A stretch of 32,000 nucleotides of DNA, taken from the NCBI RefSeq assembly GCF_017086405.1, contig NZ_CP070973.1, forward strand, positions 2,790,739-2,822,738, in the 5' to 3' direction. This DNA is from Mycobacterium gordonae (GTDB taxonomy: Bacteria > Actinomycetota > Actinomycetes > Mycobacteriales > Mycobacteriaceae). The position numbers and the translations under genes were made by a program. Within the stretch, counting starts at the first letter, position 1; the number at the start of each line of letters is the position of its first letter. The notes beneath the pieces were generated by a model. The model made no database searches. It was given only the letters and a program-made list of their open reading frames with translations, and was not told the origin of the DNA. This document shows positions 1 through 10,138 of the stretch, piece after piece.

Positions 1-2170
1 TGCCGCCGGTGCCGCCGGCGCCGCCGGTGTGGCCGGTGCTGCCGGTGCCGCCGGGCGTGGCGGCGTCGCCACCGGTGATGCCGGCCGCGCCGTTTCCGCC
101 GCGTCCGCCGTTTCCGCCGTTGCCGACCAGGCCGCCGTCACCTCCGTTGCCGCCGGACGCCCCGGTGGCTCCCGCCGTGGTGGCATCGGCGCCGCGTCCG
201 CCGGTGCCGCCGTTGCCGCCGGTCGTGGCGGAGTTGCCGGTGGCGCCTTGTGCGCCGGTGGTGGAACCGCTGCCACCTGCGCCGCCGCTGCCACCTGCGC
301 CTGGGTCGCCGCCGTTACCGCCGGCGCCGCCGATCCCGCCGTTGACCGACGTGACGCCGGTGCCGCCGGTGCCGCCGTCTCCGGCGCTCCCGCCGGTGCC
401 ACCGGTGCCGCCTGCGCCGCCGGCTCCCCGCGTGCCGCTGTGGCCCGTGGCGGACTGGGCCGCGCCGCCCCGGCCGCCTGCCCCACCAACCCCGCCGGAT
501 CCACCGCTGCCGCCGTCACCGCCGCTCATGCCGGCCGAACCGGCTCCGGTGGCGTCGGCGCCTTTGCTGCCGGCTCCGCCGTCACCTCCGGTACCGCCAG
601 TTCCGCCCGCGCCGCCGGCCCCGCCATCGCCGGCCAGGGCGCCGCCGCGCCCGCCGTCACCTCCGGTACCGCCGGCGCCGCCGGTGTGGCCGGTGTGGCC
701 GGTGTGGCCGGGTGCGGCGGCATTGACGCCGGGGGTGCCGGCCGCACCGTTGCCGCCGCGCCCGCCAGTGCCGCCGTTACCGACCAGACCGCCGTCGCCA
801 CCTCGACCGCCGGCCGCGCCGGTGGCTCCCGGGGTGAGGGCGTCGGCGCCGCGTCCGCCGTCACCGCCGTCACCGCCGCTGGTGGGTGTGAGTCCGTGCG
901 CACCCGCCGAAGCGCCGGTGCCGCCGGCCCCGCCCGCCCCGCCGCTGCCCGGGTTGCCCCCTTGACCGCCGGCGCCGCCGGTGACGTTGCCCGCCGTGCC
1001 GTCGCCGCCGGCGCCGCCGTTGCCGGCCACACCTCCGCTGCCGCCGGCCCCACCGATGCCACCGATGGCGTGTCCACGGTCGACGCCGAACAGGCCGCCG
1101 CTGCCGCCCCTGCCCCCTTCGCCGCCTGCCCCGCCGGCCCCGCCGTCGGCACCGTTTCCGCCGGCATGGCCGGTCGCGCCGGCCAGCAGCGCGTCAGCGC
1201 CGCTGCCGCCCGCCCCGCCGGCGCCCCCTTGGCCACCGGCACCACCGGCACCGCCGAAGCCGCCGTTGCCGGCCAGCCAACCACCGGATCCGCCGTCGCC
1301 GCCCGCGCCGCCATTGCCGCCATTGCCCCCGGCCGTTCCGGCCCCGCCGGTACCCGCACCGGCGGCAAGACCGGCGGTCCCGGCCGCGCCGGCGCCGCCG
1401 GTCCCGCCCGCCCCTCCGTTGCCCAACATGACGGCCCGACCACCCTGGCCGCCAGCACCGGCGAGTGCGTCCAGGGTGGCGGCTGTTCCGCCCGCACCCC
1501 CGCCCCCGCCGTTGCCCCACAGCATGCCGCCGGCGCCCCCGGCGCCCCCGGTTCCTCCCACGGCCCCGGCCGTCAGCGCGACGCCGCCGGCGCCACCAGT
1601 GCCGCCGGAACCGAAGAGCAACCCGCCGCGACCGCCGGCACCGCCAGTGGCACCGGCCCCGCCCGGCCCGCCGGTTCCGCCGCGGCCGATCAGGCCCGCA
1701 GCACCGCCCGCGCCGCCGGCCACGCCGTCGGCGACACCGGCAGCTCCGTTACCGCCGTTGCCCCACAGCAGTCCTCCGGCGCCGCCGGCCTGTCCGGGCA
1801 CCATGCCGTCGGCGCCGTTGCCGAACAGCGGGCGCCCCAGTAAGCCCTGCGCGGGCGCGTTGACCAGCTGGGAGAACAGCTGTTCGGCGGCGGCGACTTC
1901 GGCGCTCGCATACGAGTGCGCGGCACCGGTCAAGGCCGCCACGAACCGCTCGTGGACAGCGGCTACCCGGGCTCCGACCGCCTGATACTCCTGACCGAGC
2001 TGGCCGAACAGCGCCGCAATCGCGGTGGACACCTCATCCTGTGCGGCGGCGGCCAACGCGGTGGTCGACATCGCCGCCGCCGCGTTCGCCTCACTGACCG
2101 CCCAGCCGACACGGGTGAGATCTGCCGCAGTCGCCGCCATGAATTGTGGCGCAGCGATCAACAAAGACAT
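1..2170 (-). CDS. PE_PGRS family protein, partial (C-terminus runs off the left edge)
   Basis: Reverse-strand ATG at 2170-2168 with GGAGG (rc of 2177-2181) 6 nt upstream. My translation starts [56 protein letters not shown]...[37 protein letters not shown], a PE domain. It then continues as GGA/GGN Gly-Ala repeats (rc of GCCGCC tracts) to position 2. The ORF track lists no stop-bounded ORF in this frame, consistent with an open frame leaving the window. Confidence 0.9.
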   Translation of the reverse strand, partial: MSLLIAAPQFMAATAADLTRVGWAVSEANAAAAMSTTALAAAAQDEVSTAIAALFGQLGQEYQAVGARVAAVHERFVAALTGAAHSYASAEVAAAEQLFSQLVNAPAQGLLGRPLFGNGADGMVPGQAGGAGGLLWGNGGNGAAGVADGVAGGAGGAAGLIGRGGTGGPGGAGATGGAGGRGGLLFGSGGTGGAGGVALTAGAVGGTGGAGGAGGMLWGNGGGGGAGGTAATLDALAGAGGQGGRAVMLGNGGAGGTGGAGAAGTAGLAAGAGTGGAGTAGGNGGNGGAGGDGGSGGWLAGNGGFGGAGGAGGQGGAGGAGGSGADALLAGATGHAGGNGADGGAGGAGGEGGRGGSGGLFGVDRGHAIGGIGGAGGSGGVAGNGGAGGDGTAGNVTGGAGGQGGNPGSGGAGGAGGTGASAGAHGLTPTSGGDGGDGGRGADALTPGATGAAGGRGGDGGLVGNGGTGGRGGNGAAGTPGVNAAAPGHTGHTGHTGGAGGTGGDGGRGGALAGDGGAGGAGGTGGTGGDGGAGSKGADATGAGSAGMSGGDGGSGGSGGVGGAGGRGGAAQSATGHSGTRGAGGAGGTGGTGGSAGDGGTGGTGVTSVNGGIGGAGGNGGDPGAGGSGGAGGSGSTTGAQGATGNSATTGGNGGTGGRGADATTAGATGASGGNGGDGGLVGNGGNGGRGGNGAAGITGGDAATPGGTGSTGHTGGAGGTGG

Positions 2171-2721
2171 GACAATCCTCCACTCCGGTGGGTTCGGCTC
2201 GGCGCCAAATAGTCGTGCGCTGGTTTGCGTAGCGCCCGAGGTAAGTCCGTCACCGGAGTTGCCGGGCGCGGGGGGCGGCGCGATGGCGCCGATTAAGGTG
2301 CCGTAGTCCGGATCACCCGTGTCTCGAAACCTTTGCGGATTCGCTATTCGTGAGCCGGCGTACGGCTACCCCGAAAGCCCCTGCGGTTGAACGCTGATCC
2401 TGACCGCTCGGCGCGTGGGCAACGGACATCCAGCGCCTCGCCAAGGGATCGCGAAGCAGCTGAATTGGTTTGCATGACAACATCATTCGGTGTTGGAATT
2501 GTAGGTGTCAAGGCGGTTAGGGATATCAATAACCGGTGGTGAATTCGATGCCGTCTCGCCGTCTCACGGCGACTCTGCGACCAGTGATTTTGCGGGCAGG
2601 TGGGCTCGACGACGTCTCATTGCGAGACATATTGATCGACAGGCTTCAAGGGCCCGGGATTGGTGCCGGCGACACGACCGCGACGCTATACAACTGCCCT
2701 GACTGGCATTCGAGCGGGGTC

Positions 2722-2736
2722 GTGATATTTGATCAC
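2722..2736. promoter_or_regulatory. Inverted repeat GTGAT-N5-ATCAC, candidate TetR operator
   Basis: GTGATATTTGATCAC read directly. It lies about 45 nt upstream of the GTG at 2780, which is the more plausible TetR start. The function is inferred from position only. Confidence 0.25.
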
Positions 2737-3322
2737 AAATGGCGCCGCCGCGGGGGTTCGAGTCGTTACTATCGGTCGCGTGGATTGGCTGGCCGGAGAT
2801 CGGCATCACAACGCGCGAGAGCGAATCTATGACGCCGCGGGCGCTCTGGTCGAGTCGCGGGGCTTCGACCGGCTCAGCATCGACCTCATTGCGCGCAATG
2901 TCGGGTGTTCGCGGGCCACGGTGTATCGGCACACCGGTGGCATCGAGGCCATCCGGGACGCACTTCTGATCCGGGCGACGACGCAGGTCGCGGAAATGGT
3001 CGCGGAATCGGTCGAATCCATTCCGGCAGAAGAGCGAATGGTCGCCGCGATCCTGATGTCGCTCAAGGTACTTCGTGCGCATCCGCTGTTCGCGGCGGTG
3101 GGTGCGGCCACGGCGACGGCCCGCCTCATCGAGCAGACGCTGATCGGGTCGCCGCGCATCCCGGCGGCGGCCGCCACCATCGCCGGGCTTCCTGGTGATG
3201 ACCCCCTGGCAGCGCTGTGGATGGTGAGAGTGGTGCTCGGTCTGTTGTACTGGCCGGTCACCGAGATCGAGGGTGGGGAAGAGGCGATCGTGCGCCGGTT
3301 CGTCGCTCCGGTGTTCGGCTGA
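2729..3322 (+). CDS. TetR family transcriptional regulator
   Basis: N-terminal HTH signature RERIYDAAGALVESRGFDRLSIDLIARNVGCSRATVYRHTGG. The track start at 2729 is TTG. An in-frame GTG at 2780 (VDWLAGDRHHNARERIY) is an equally or more likely start. Confidence 0.85.
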   Translation: MITNGAAAGVRVVTIGRVDWLAGDRHHNARERIYDAAGALVESRGFDRLSIDLIARNVGCSRATVYRHTGGIEAIRDALLIRATTQVAEMVAESVESIPAEERMVAAILMSLKVLRAHPLFAAVGAATATARLIEQTLIGSPRIPAAAATIAGLPGDDPLAALWMVRVVLGLLYWPVTEIEGGEEAIVRRFVAPVFG

Positions 3323-3360
3323 CCGGATCTCGCGCAGGGAACGCGGGTACGGTCGCAAGG

Positions 3361-4224
3361 GTGGCTGCTCACGTATCCGAAAGTTTCACACTCGGCAGTG
3401 ACCTGACGGTTAATCGACTCGGCTTCGGCGCGATGCGCCTGACGGGTGCGGGCGTGTGGGGCCCGCCCGCCGACCGCGACGAGTGCGTGCGGGTGCTGCG
3501 GCGCGCAGTTGAGCTGGGTGTGAATTTCATCGACACCGCGGATTCGTACGGCCCCTACGTTTCCGAGGAGATCATCCACGAAGCGCTGCACCCGTACAGC
3601 GGGCTGGTGATCGCCACCAAGGCCGGCTTATTGCGCACCGGTCCGAATGTGTGGATCCCCCTTGGCAATCCGAGCTATCTGCGCCAGGAATGCGAGATGA
3701 GCCTGCGGCGTCTCGGCGTCGAGACCATCGACCTCTACCAGTTGCACCGCATCGACCCGAACTTTGCGCTGGCCGACCAACTCGGGGAGTTGGTCAGGTT
3801 GCAGGGCGAAGGCAAGATCCGCCACATCGGTCTGTCCGAGATCGACGTGGATCAACTCAATGCCGCGCGCGAGATTGCGCCGATCGTGTCGGTGCAGAAC
3901 ATGTACAACCTGACGTCGCGCAAGGCCGATCCCCTGCTGGACGCGGCGACCGCCCAGGGCATCGGCTTCATTCCGTGGTTCCCGTTGGCGTCGGGCCCGC
4001 TGGCGGCGCCGGACGGGCCGTTGCAGAAGATCGCCGCCGCGCACGGGGCGACGCCCTCGCAGCTGGCCCTGGCGTGGTTGCTCAAGCGGGCGCCGGTGAT
4101 GCTGCCGATCCCGGGCACTTCGCGGGTGGCGCATCTGGAAGAGAACGTCGCCGCCGCCGAGATCACGCTCAGCGATGAGGAATTCGACGCATTGTCGGCG
4201 GCGGGTGCCGCACAAAGCAATTGA
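3361..4224 (+). CDS. Aldo/keto reductase family oxidoreductase
   Basis: LGFGAMRLTG...GVNFIDTADSYGP...ATKAG...IDLYQLHRID...IRHIGLSE...VQNMYNL...IPGTSRVAHLEENV are typical AKR blocks. The track ORF starts at 3217 but overlaps the TetR gene. I use the in-frame GTG at 3361, just after the TetR stop at 3322. Confidence 0.85.
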   Translation: MAAHVSESFTLGSDLTVNRLGFGAMRLTGAGVWGPPADRDECVRVLRRAVELGVNFIDTADSYGPYVSEEIIHEALHPYSGLVIATKAGLLRTGPNVWIPLGNPSYLRQECEMSLRRLGVETIDLYQLHRIDPNFALADQLGELVRLQGEGKIRHIGLSEIDVDQLNAAREIAPIVSVQNMYNLTSRKADPLLDAATAQGIGFIPWFPLASGPLAAPDGPLQKIAAAHGATPSQLALAWLLKRAPVMLPIPGTSRVAHLEENVAAAEITLSDEEFDALSAAGAAQSN

Positions 4225-4346
4225 ATTTAATTGCATCGACTCGATGTGCTTGATTCGTTTTCACTCCGAAACGTGAACAGATCCATGTGGCGCAGCGCAC
4301 AATACCTCTGCCCGAATTCGGGAACAGGGCGTGATTGGAGGCTGCC

Positions 4347-6155
4347 GTGTCGTTTCTCATTGCCGCTCCGCAGGTGTTGGATACCGCCGCAACGGATCTC
4401 GCACGCATCCGTTCGGCGCTGAGTGCCGCCAACGCGATAGCTTTCACCCCGACCGCCGAGGTGTTGGCGGCCGGGGCCGACGAGGTCTCGACGGCAATTG
4501 CGGCCGTGTTCGGCGTGCATGCGCACGCCTATCAAGCCATTAGTGCGCAAGGGGCCGCATTTCATGCTCAGTTCGTGCAGGCTCTCAATGCCGGCGCCCT
4601 GGCCTACGCAAGTGCCGAGGCCGCCAGCATCGACCAACTCGTCCTCGGCGCGGTGAACGCACCAACCCAGGCACTACTGGGGCGACCGTTGATCGGCGAC
4701 GGGGCTGATGGCGCACCGGGCCGTAACGGCGGCGCCGGAGGATTGCTATACGGCAACGGCGGACGTGGAGGTGCCGGACTGCCCGGCCAGGTGGGCGGCA
4801 ACGGCGGTGCGGCGGGCCTGATCGGAACTGGCGGTGCCGGCGGCCAGGGCGGAGCCGGTGCGGTAGGCGGCAACGGCGGCAGCGGCGGATGGCTGTTCGG
4901 CAACGGCGGCGCCGGCGGGCAGGGAGGCGCCGCTCTCGCCGGCATCAATGGCGGCAATCCCGGCCAGGGCGGTCACGGTGGCAATGCCCTGTTGTTCGGC
5001 GACGGCGGTGCAGGCGGGCAGGGTGGTACCGGGCTGGCGGGGGCCACCGGGGTGAATCCGCTAGTCGGCGGTGCAACCGCTACGGGGGTGCCGGGCTTAA
5101 GCGATTCTGTGAGCGGCAGCGCTCGTGGCACCTCCGGCGCCACCGGCGGTGACGGCGGCCTCAGCTCCACCGGCGGCGTCGGAGGAAAAGGTGGCAGTGC
5201 GCACTCCCTCACGAATTTCGCGCTTGCCGGCAACGGCGGCACTGGTGGCGCGGGTGGTAACGGCGGCGCCGGCGGTGACGGCGGAACAGCCTTCGGCGGC
5301 AACGGTAGTGCCATCGGCGGCCTCGGTGGAGATGGAGCCAGCGCCCAAGCGCTCGGCGGGTTCGGGGGTGCCGGTGGCAACGGCGGTAATGCCGACAGCG
5401 TCGGAGCCGGTGGTTTTGCCGGAGCCGGCGGTAGCGGGGGTGCCGGTGGCGCCGGCAGCGCAGGTGGTGCCGGCGGCGCTGGTGGTGCCGGCGGCGACGG
5501 TGGCCACGGCGGGATGTTCGTTGGTCAGGGCGGCCGCGGGGGCACCGGCGGCCAGGGCGGCAGCGGGGGAGCCGGCGCGGCGGGCGGTGACGGTGGCGAC
5601 GCGGGCGCCGGCGGGAAGGCGACGGCCGTCGGTGGCAGTACCGGCGCGAACGGAGCCAATGGCGGTAACGGCGGCGACGGCGGCACCGGCGGCATGGGAG
5701 GCACCGGCGGATCCGGCGGTCGAGGCGGCAACGGCGGTGCCGGTGGATTCCTGGTGGGCAACGGCGGTGCGGGCGGAACCGCGGGCGTCGGTGGCGTCGG
5801 CGGCGTCGGTGGCGGCGGTGGGGCGGGCGGGTTCGGTGGTAGCGGCGGTGGCGCCACCGGGACCGTCGTCTCCGGCGCCGGCGGTTCCGGAGGTGGCGGT
5901 GGTGATGGGGGAACCGGCGGTACCGGGGGCACCGGAGGCGGCAGCAGCCTCGGGGGCCTCGGCGGTGCGGGCGGTGTGCTGTTCGGCGAAGCGGGCGTGA
6001 ACGGTAGTGCTGGTCAGGGTGGTCTTGGGGGCGGCGGTGGTGTTGGCGGTGCGTCAGGGAAGGGTGGGTCTAAGGGGTTCGGTTCGTCGTCGAATGGCGC
6101 CATCGGCGCGAACGGCGACGTCGGTGACGACGGAGCACCCGGCCAACACGGCTAG
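4347..6155 (+). CDS. PE_PGRS family protein
   Basis: GTG at 4347 with GGAG at 4337-4340. PE domain [30 protein letters not shown]...[12 protein letters not shown]...YASAEAAS, linker [11 protein letters not shown], then about 480 aa of GGAGG/GGNGG repeats. Confidence 0.9.
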   Translation: MSFLIAAPQVLDTAATDLARIRSALSAANAIAFTPTAEVLAAGADEVSTAIAAVFGVHAHAYQAISAQGAAFHAQFVQALNAGALAYASAEAASIDQLVLGAVNAPTQALLGRPLIGDGADGAPGRNGGAGGLLYGNGGRGGAGLPGQVGGNGGAAGLIGTGGAGGQGGAGAVGGNGGSGGWLFGNGGAGGQGGAALAGINGGNPGQGGHGGNALLFGDGGAGGQGGTGLAGATGVNPLVGGATATGVPGLSDSVSGSARGTSGATGGDGGLSSTGGVGGKGGSAHSLTNFALAGNGGTGGAGGNGGAGGDGGTAFGGNGSAIGGLGGDGASAQALGGFGGAGGNGGNADSVGAGGFAGAGGSGGAGGAGSAGGAGGAGGAGGDGGHGGMFVGQGGRGGTGGQGGSGGAGAAGGDGGDAGAGGKATAVGGSTGANGANGGNGGDGGTGGMGGTGGSGGRGGNGGAGGFLVGNGGAGGTAGVGGVGGVGGGGGAGGFGGSGGGATGTVVSGAGGSGGGGGDGGTGGTGGTGGGSSLGGLGGAGGVLFGEAGVNGSAGQGGLGGGGGVGGASGKGGSKGFGSSSNGAIGANGDVGDDGAPGQHG

Positions 6156-6309
6156 CTGGTGTGTGGCTTCGAATGGGGCCTGCAGGGCCTCGGAGTGCCG
6201 TGCCGTGTAAGGGGCCTTGTTCCCTATCCGCGTTGACACCCGCGCTGACCGATCGGATGTCGACCGTTCGTGTTTATCCAACCCCTACTCACATTTGCGG
6301 GAGGTTCTC

Positions 6310-8151
6310 GTGTCCTATGTAGTTGCAATGCCGGAGTTGTTGTCTGCGGCGGCATCGGATGTGGACCGAATCGGTCATGCTCTGGCCGGTGCCGGCGCGG
6401 CTGCGGTAGGCCCGACCACCTCGGTACTGGCTGCCGGTGCCGACGAGGTATCGGCAGCTATCGCAGACCTGTTTGGTGGGTACGCGCGGGCGTATCAATC
6501 CGTCAGCACGCAGGCGGCGACTTTTCATGCGCACTTTGTGCAGGCACTGACCGTCGGGGCCGGCACCTACGCGGGTGCCGAGGCCGCCAACGCTTCGCCG
6601 TTACAGGTCGTGGAGCAGCAGATACTCGGAGTGGTCAACGCGCCGACCCAGGCATTGCTCGGGCGACCGCTGATCGGCGACGGAACTAACGGCGGACCGG
6701 GGCAGAATGGCGGCGCAGGCGGTTTGCTGTTCGGTAACGGCGGCCGTGGCGGCGACGGCCTGCCAGGTCAGGTGGGTGGCAATGGGGGACCCGCGGGCCT
6801 GCTAGGCAACGGTGGCGCGGGCGGCACTGGTGGCGCCGGTGCGGCGGGTGGTTCGGGTGGCACCGGTGGACTGCTGTTCGGTAACGGCGGTGCGGGCGGA
6901 ACCGGCGGGGCCGCGACGGCGGGTGTCAAGGGCGGTCTTGCCGGCCACGGCGGCAGCGGTGGCAACGCCTTCTTGTTCGGCGACGGGGGCGTGGGCGGTC
7001 AGGGCGGCACCGGCCTTACCGGGGCGACCGGCACCAACCCGACGATCAGCGGGACCGGCGCCACCGGCACCACCGGGACCGTCGCCATCTCGCAAGGAGT
7101 CAATGGCAATCTGACCGGCGGTCCTGGCGGGGACGGCGGAGACACCGGGCTGGGGTCCACCGGCGGCACCGGCGGCGACGGCGGTTTCGCCGGAATTTTC
7201 GGTGACGCACTGGGGAACGCTTCTGCCGGTAATGGCGGCATAGGAGGCAGCGGTGGAAATGGCGGAACCGGCGGCTTCGGTGGGGTTGCAATTGCCGGTG
7301 CTGGTACCGCTCAAGGGGGTGCGGGCGGCAACGGGAACATCGGCAGTGCGCCCGGTGGTGCCGGCGGTGCCGGTGGTGCCGGGGGTGCTTCGATCAGCAA
7401 CTCTGGTTCGTCCCAAGCATTAGGCGGTGGCGGAGGCCAGGGTGGCGGCGGTGGCACCGGGGCATCAGGCGGCACGGGTGGAGTCGGCGGCACGGGTGGT
7501 AACGGTGGTGCCGGCGGTTTGCTGATCGGCAACGGCGGCGCCGGCGGTCAGGGTGGTGCGGGCGGCGTCGGTGGAACAGGAGCAGTCGGAGGATCCGCCG
7601 GTGTGGGCGGCGACGGCGGATCCGGCGGTGCCGGCGCAGGTAACGGCATCGGAGGTACGGGTGGTGCCGGCGGCGGGGGAGGCGTCGGCGGCACCGGCGG
7701 GCTCGGCGGAATCGGCGGTGACGGCGGCAACGGCGGGCGTGGCGGACTGCTGATCGGCGACGGCGGTGTTGGCGGCAATGCCGGTGTTGGTGGGTTGGGC
7801 GGCACTGGCGGCGTCGGCGGTTCGGGTGGGGCGGGCGGCGCTGGGGGCAGTGGTTCGGGCATCTTCAATGGTGAGGGCGGCCCGGGCGGCGCGGGTGGAG
7901 ACGGCGGTACCGGAGGCACCGGAGGCGACGGTGGTGGCAGCGGGGGTGGGGGCATCGGTGGTTCGGCGGGCATGTTGTTCGGTCACACGGGTACCAACGG
8001 TGCGGCCAGTGGCGGTGGCGCAGGTGGGCAGGGTGGCGCTGGGGGTGCGCTCGCCGCCGGAGGCAAGGGTGGATTCGGGTTATCCGGTGTCGGCGTTGAC
8101 GGCGCCGCTGGAAAGGCTGGTGGGCAGGGCGCCTCTGGCCAACCCGGCTAG
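6310..8151 (+). CDS. PE_PGRS family protein (tandem paralogue of 4347-6155)
   Basis: GTG at 6310 ([28 protein letters not shown]...[12 protein letters not shown]...YAGAEAAN), preceded by [17 protein letters not shown] linker followed by PGRS repeats. The track ORF start at 6217 adds an implausible N-terminal extension. Confidence 0.9.
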   Translation: MSYVVAMPELLSAAASDVDRIGHALAGAGAAAVGPTTSVLAAGADEVSAAIADLFGGYARAYQSVSTQAATFHAHFVQALTVGAGTYAGAEAANASPLQVVEQQILGVVNAPTQALLGRPLIGDGTNGGPGQNGGAGGLLFGNGGRGGDGLPGQVGGNGGPAGLLGNGGAGGTGGAGAAGGSGGTGGLLFGNGGAGGTGGAATAGVKGGLAGHGGSGGNAFLFGDGGVGGQGGTGLTGATGTNPTISGTGATGTTGTVAISQGVNGNLTGGPGGDGGDTGLGSTGGTGGDGGFAGIFGDALGNASAGNGGIGGSGGNGGTGGFGGVAIAGAGTAQGGAGGNGNIGSAPGGAGGAGGAGGASISNSGSSQALGGGGGQGGGGGTGASGGTGGVGGTGGNGGAGGLLIGNGGAGGQGGAGGVGGTGAVGGSAGVGGDGGSGGAGAGNGIGGTGGAGGGGGVGGTGGLGGIGGDGGNGGRGGLLIGDGGVGGNAGVGGLGGTGGVGGSGGAGGAGGSGSGIFNGEGGPGGAGGDGGTGGTGGDGGGSGGGGIGGSAGMLFGHTGTNGAASGGGAGGQGGAGGALAAGGKGGFGLSGVGVDGAAGKAGGQGASGQPG

Positions 8152-8186
8152 CCGGCAGCCGGGTCGGGGTCGAATACGGTGTCCTG

Positions 8187-8810
8187 GTGACACAAGACCG
8201 GGCCCCGCACTCCGGCGGGGGTTTCAACCCGCCCGAACCGACCGACAAGGGTGGCCCGGACTACCACCGCTTCATTGAGGCGGTGCGCAAGCTGCAGGAT
8301 CATGCCCGCGCCGTCGACGCCCCCGATGCGGTGATCACCGAAGCCGCTGACCGGCTCGAAGAACTCTCGGCGCTGCTGGCGCCGTTCGACGCCGACGAGT
8401 GGCAATCGCCGTCCGGTCGCCGGATGGACCTGCCGATGCGCGGGAATGTCCTGACCATACCCATGAACGCGCGCCAGACGGATGACGGCCGGATCGAGGG
8501 CTGGGCGCGGTTCGCCCGGTTCCACCTCGGGCGCAACGGCGCCGTGCACGGCGGGTCGCTCGGCATGCTCTTCGACACGGTGCTCGGGCTGACGGCGTCG
8601 GTGCTCACCGGTAGTCGCCGCCAGCGCACGGCCTACCTCAAGATCAACTACCGCAACATCGTTCCGATCGAAAAGGAGTTGCAGTTCGACGCCGGAGTCG
8701 ACAGCGAGGACGGACGCAAGATCTTTGTGTCCGGCCGCCTGCGGGACGGCGACACACTGCTGACCGAAGCCGACGCGCTGTTCGTGCGCCTTAAACCGGG
8801 GCAGCCCTGA
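8187..8810 (+). CDS. Hotdog-fold (PaaI-like) thioesterase family protein
   Basis: Core block GRNGAVHGGSLGMLFDTVLG followed by a beta-rich C-terminus (KINYRNIVPIEKELQFDAGV...IFVSGRLRDGDTLLTEADALFV). This resembles PaaI/DUF4442-type hotdog proteins. The assignment is by motif resemblance only. Confidence 0.55.
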   Translation: MTQDRAPHSGGGFNPPEPTDKGGPDYHRFIEAVRKLQDHARAVDAPDAVITEAADRLEELSALLAPFDADEWQSPSGRRMDLPMRGNVLTIPMNARQTDDGRIEGWARFARFHLGRNGAVHGGSLGMLFDTVLGLTASVLTGSRRQRTAYLKINYRNIVPIEKELQFDAGVDSEDGRKIFVSGRLRDGDTLLTEADALFVRLKPGQP

Positions 8811-8870
8811 CGTCAAAAAACAACGGGACAATCCGCATCTTCAATTGAATATCCTTCAAAAACAATCTCC

Positions 8871-8900
8871 TTGACAAATGATTGCATAGGTGTCGAATAT
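8871..8900 (+). promoter_or_regulatory. Candidate SigA-type promoter (TTGACA-18 nt-GAATAT) for the glycosyltransferase gene
   Basis: TTGACA at 8871-8876 and GAATAT at 8895-8900. They sit inside a 100-nt stretch (8811-8910) that I hand-counted at 38% G+C. Not tested; spacing is 18 nt. Confidence 0.3.
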
Positions 8901-9008
8901 TGATCAGGCTCGATCGGTGGCCGATCGCTGATCGAACTGGGCATCCCACCGCATCGTGCCGGGGTGTGTCTCGGCAATAGACGGCACGAGGGATAGCGGA
9001 TCGCGACA

Positions 9009-9992
9009 ATGACCGAAATCTTCAATGCGGCAAGGCCTACGAATCGTCCCGCCGGTGAATCACCGGTCTCCGTCGCCCTCGTCATTCCCGCCTATAACGA
9101 GGAACGTTTCATCGGCAGGTGCCTCGAATCCTGCCTTCGGCAGACTTCTCCACCCGACGAAATAATCGTCGTCAACAACAGGTCGACCGACGACACCAGA
9201 AAAATTGTGCGCCGGTTCCAAGCCCGAAACCCTCTCGTCGACATTCGGTTGCTGGACCAGGACGCCTGTCAAGGCATCGTGCCCACTCGCAACCATGGCT
9301 TCGATAACGTCCGCAGCACCGTGATCGGCCGCATCGACGCCGATTCCAGCATCGCCGACAACTGGGTCGAGACGATCCGCCGTCGGTTCCGCAATCCCGT
9401 CGTCAGCGCCGTGACGGGCCCGGTGTGGTACTACGACATGCCATTCCAGCAGCCCGTCTTTCGGCTTGATCGCGCCGTTCGGGACCGGTTGTACAGGACC
9501 GCAACAGACCAACGTTTTCTGTTCGGTTCGAATATGGCGATCCGCACGTCGGCGTGGCGCGCTGTCCGTCACCTCACCCAGCTCGATCCCGAAGACCGCC
9601 TGCATGAAGATATCGACCTCGCCCTGGCATTGTTCAAGAACAAATTCGAGATCGAATACGACGCCACGCTTGTTGCCGGTGTATCCGGCCGGCGCATCGA
9701 GGACTCGCCACGCAATTTCTATCGGTACGCCATGCGCTATTTGCGGACAACCAGGGCGCACCACGTCAAGAGCGGCGGGGCGCTGGGCACGATCGCGATT
9801 CTGTTGTTGGGTTACTTCCCGGTCCGCACTTTGCGCTTGTTCTATGACGGCGAAAAGAATCGGTTCACGTTGGCGAAACTGCGCGACAAGATGCGCGGCG
9901 AGCGCGGGCGGGCACCGGTGGTCAGGCAGCTGGTGCCCGCGCGCACCGGGGCCCTGGGCGCCGCCGATCCGCAATGGCCGCCGGCGGCCTGA
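9009..9992 (+). CDS. Family 2 (GT-A) glycosyltransferase, membrane associated
   Basis: VALVIPAYNEERFIGRCLESCLRQTSPPDEIIVVNNRSTDDT is a classic GT2 N-terminus. There are DxD-like IDAD and later HEDIDL motifs, and a hydrophobic segment GALGTIAILLLGYFPV near the C-terminus. Confidence 0.8.
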   Translation: MTEIFNAARPTNRPAGESPVSVALVIPAYNEERFIGRCLESCLRQTSPPDEIIVVNNRSTDDTRKIVRRFQARNPLVDIRLLDQDACQGIVPTRNHGFDNVRSTVIGRIDADSSIADNWVETIRRRFRNPVVSAVTGPVWYYDMPFQQPVFRLDRAVRDRLYRTATDQRFLFGSNMAIRTSAWRAVRHLTQLDPEDRLHEDIDLALALFKNKFEIEYDATLVAGVSGRRIEDSPRNFYRYAMRYLRTTRAHHVKSGGALGTIAILLLGYFPVRTLRLFYDGEKNRFTLAKLRDKMRGERGRAPVVRQLVPARTGALGAADPQWPPAA

Positions 9993-10138
9993 CGCGACGT
10001 TCGCCCGCGGAGCTCCCGCGCTCGCTTCGATACCACTCCGGGCCATCGGCTTGGGCTCGCCTCGGTGGACACCGATAGCATGGTCGCGATCGATTACGCC
10101 ATGCCCCCGCACCTGCCCAAGCCATGGAGAACCACGCA

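Noticed and set aside
9-1985. Plus-strand Pro/Ala-rich ORFs (9-965, 29-1843, 981-1985) over the first 2 kb
   Set aside because: They are alternative-frame or antisense readings of the GGC/GCC PGRS repeats. The minus-strand frame has a bona fide PE domain, an RBS and an ATG at 2170.
2755-2764. GGTTCGAGTC, which resembles a tRNA T-loop
   Set aside because: The flanking bases cannot form a T-stem (GGGGG would need CCCCC but CGTTA follows). No acceptor or anticodon arms are present. It lies in the TetR upstream/N-terminal region.
3217-3360. Long N-terminal extensions offered by the ORF track (3217 for the AKR, 13124 for patA, 14203 for pimA, 25406 for pnkp, 29684-30304 for the DUF350 gene, 18673 for the PPE)
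   Set aside because: Each extension overlaps the upstream gene substantially or adds atypical Arg/Ala-rich residues. Downstream in-frame starts restore canonical N-termini, RBS spacing, or 1-8 nt coupling overlaps.
4217-4234. Palindrome GCAATT-GAATTT-AATTGC over the aldo/keto reductase stop as a terminator
   Set aside because: The stem is a 6-bp AT-rich stem of low predicted stability with no U-tract. It is noted but not called as a feature.
4604-7973. Minus-strand proline-rich ORFs (for example 4604-4957, 5525-5932, 7548-7973) and other-frame Ala-rich ORFs inside the two plus-strand PE_PGRS genes
   Set aside because: This is the same repeat-driven artefact. No start context or domains, and they are fully nested in PE_PGRS coding sequence.
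1-8151. Possible CRISPR-like or noncoding repeat arrays in the highly repetitive GC-rich tracts
   Set aside because: The repeats are degenerate codon-level GGx repeats within open reading frames that have PE domains. There is no repeat-spacer periodicity and no cas genes.
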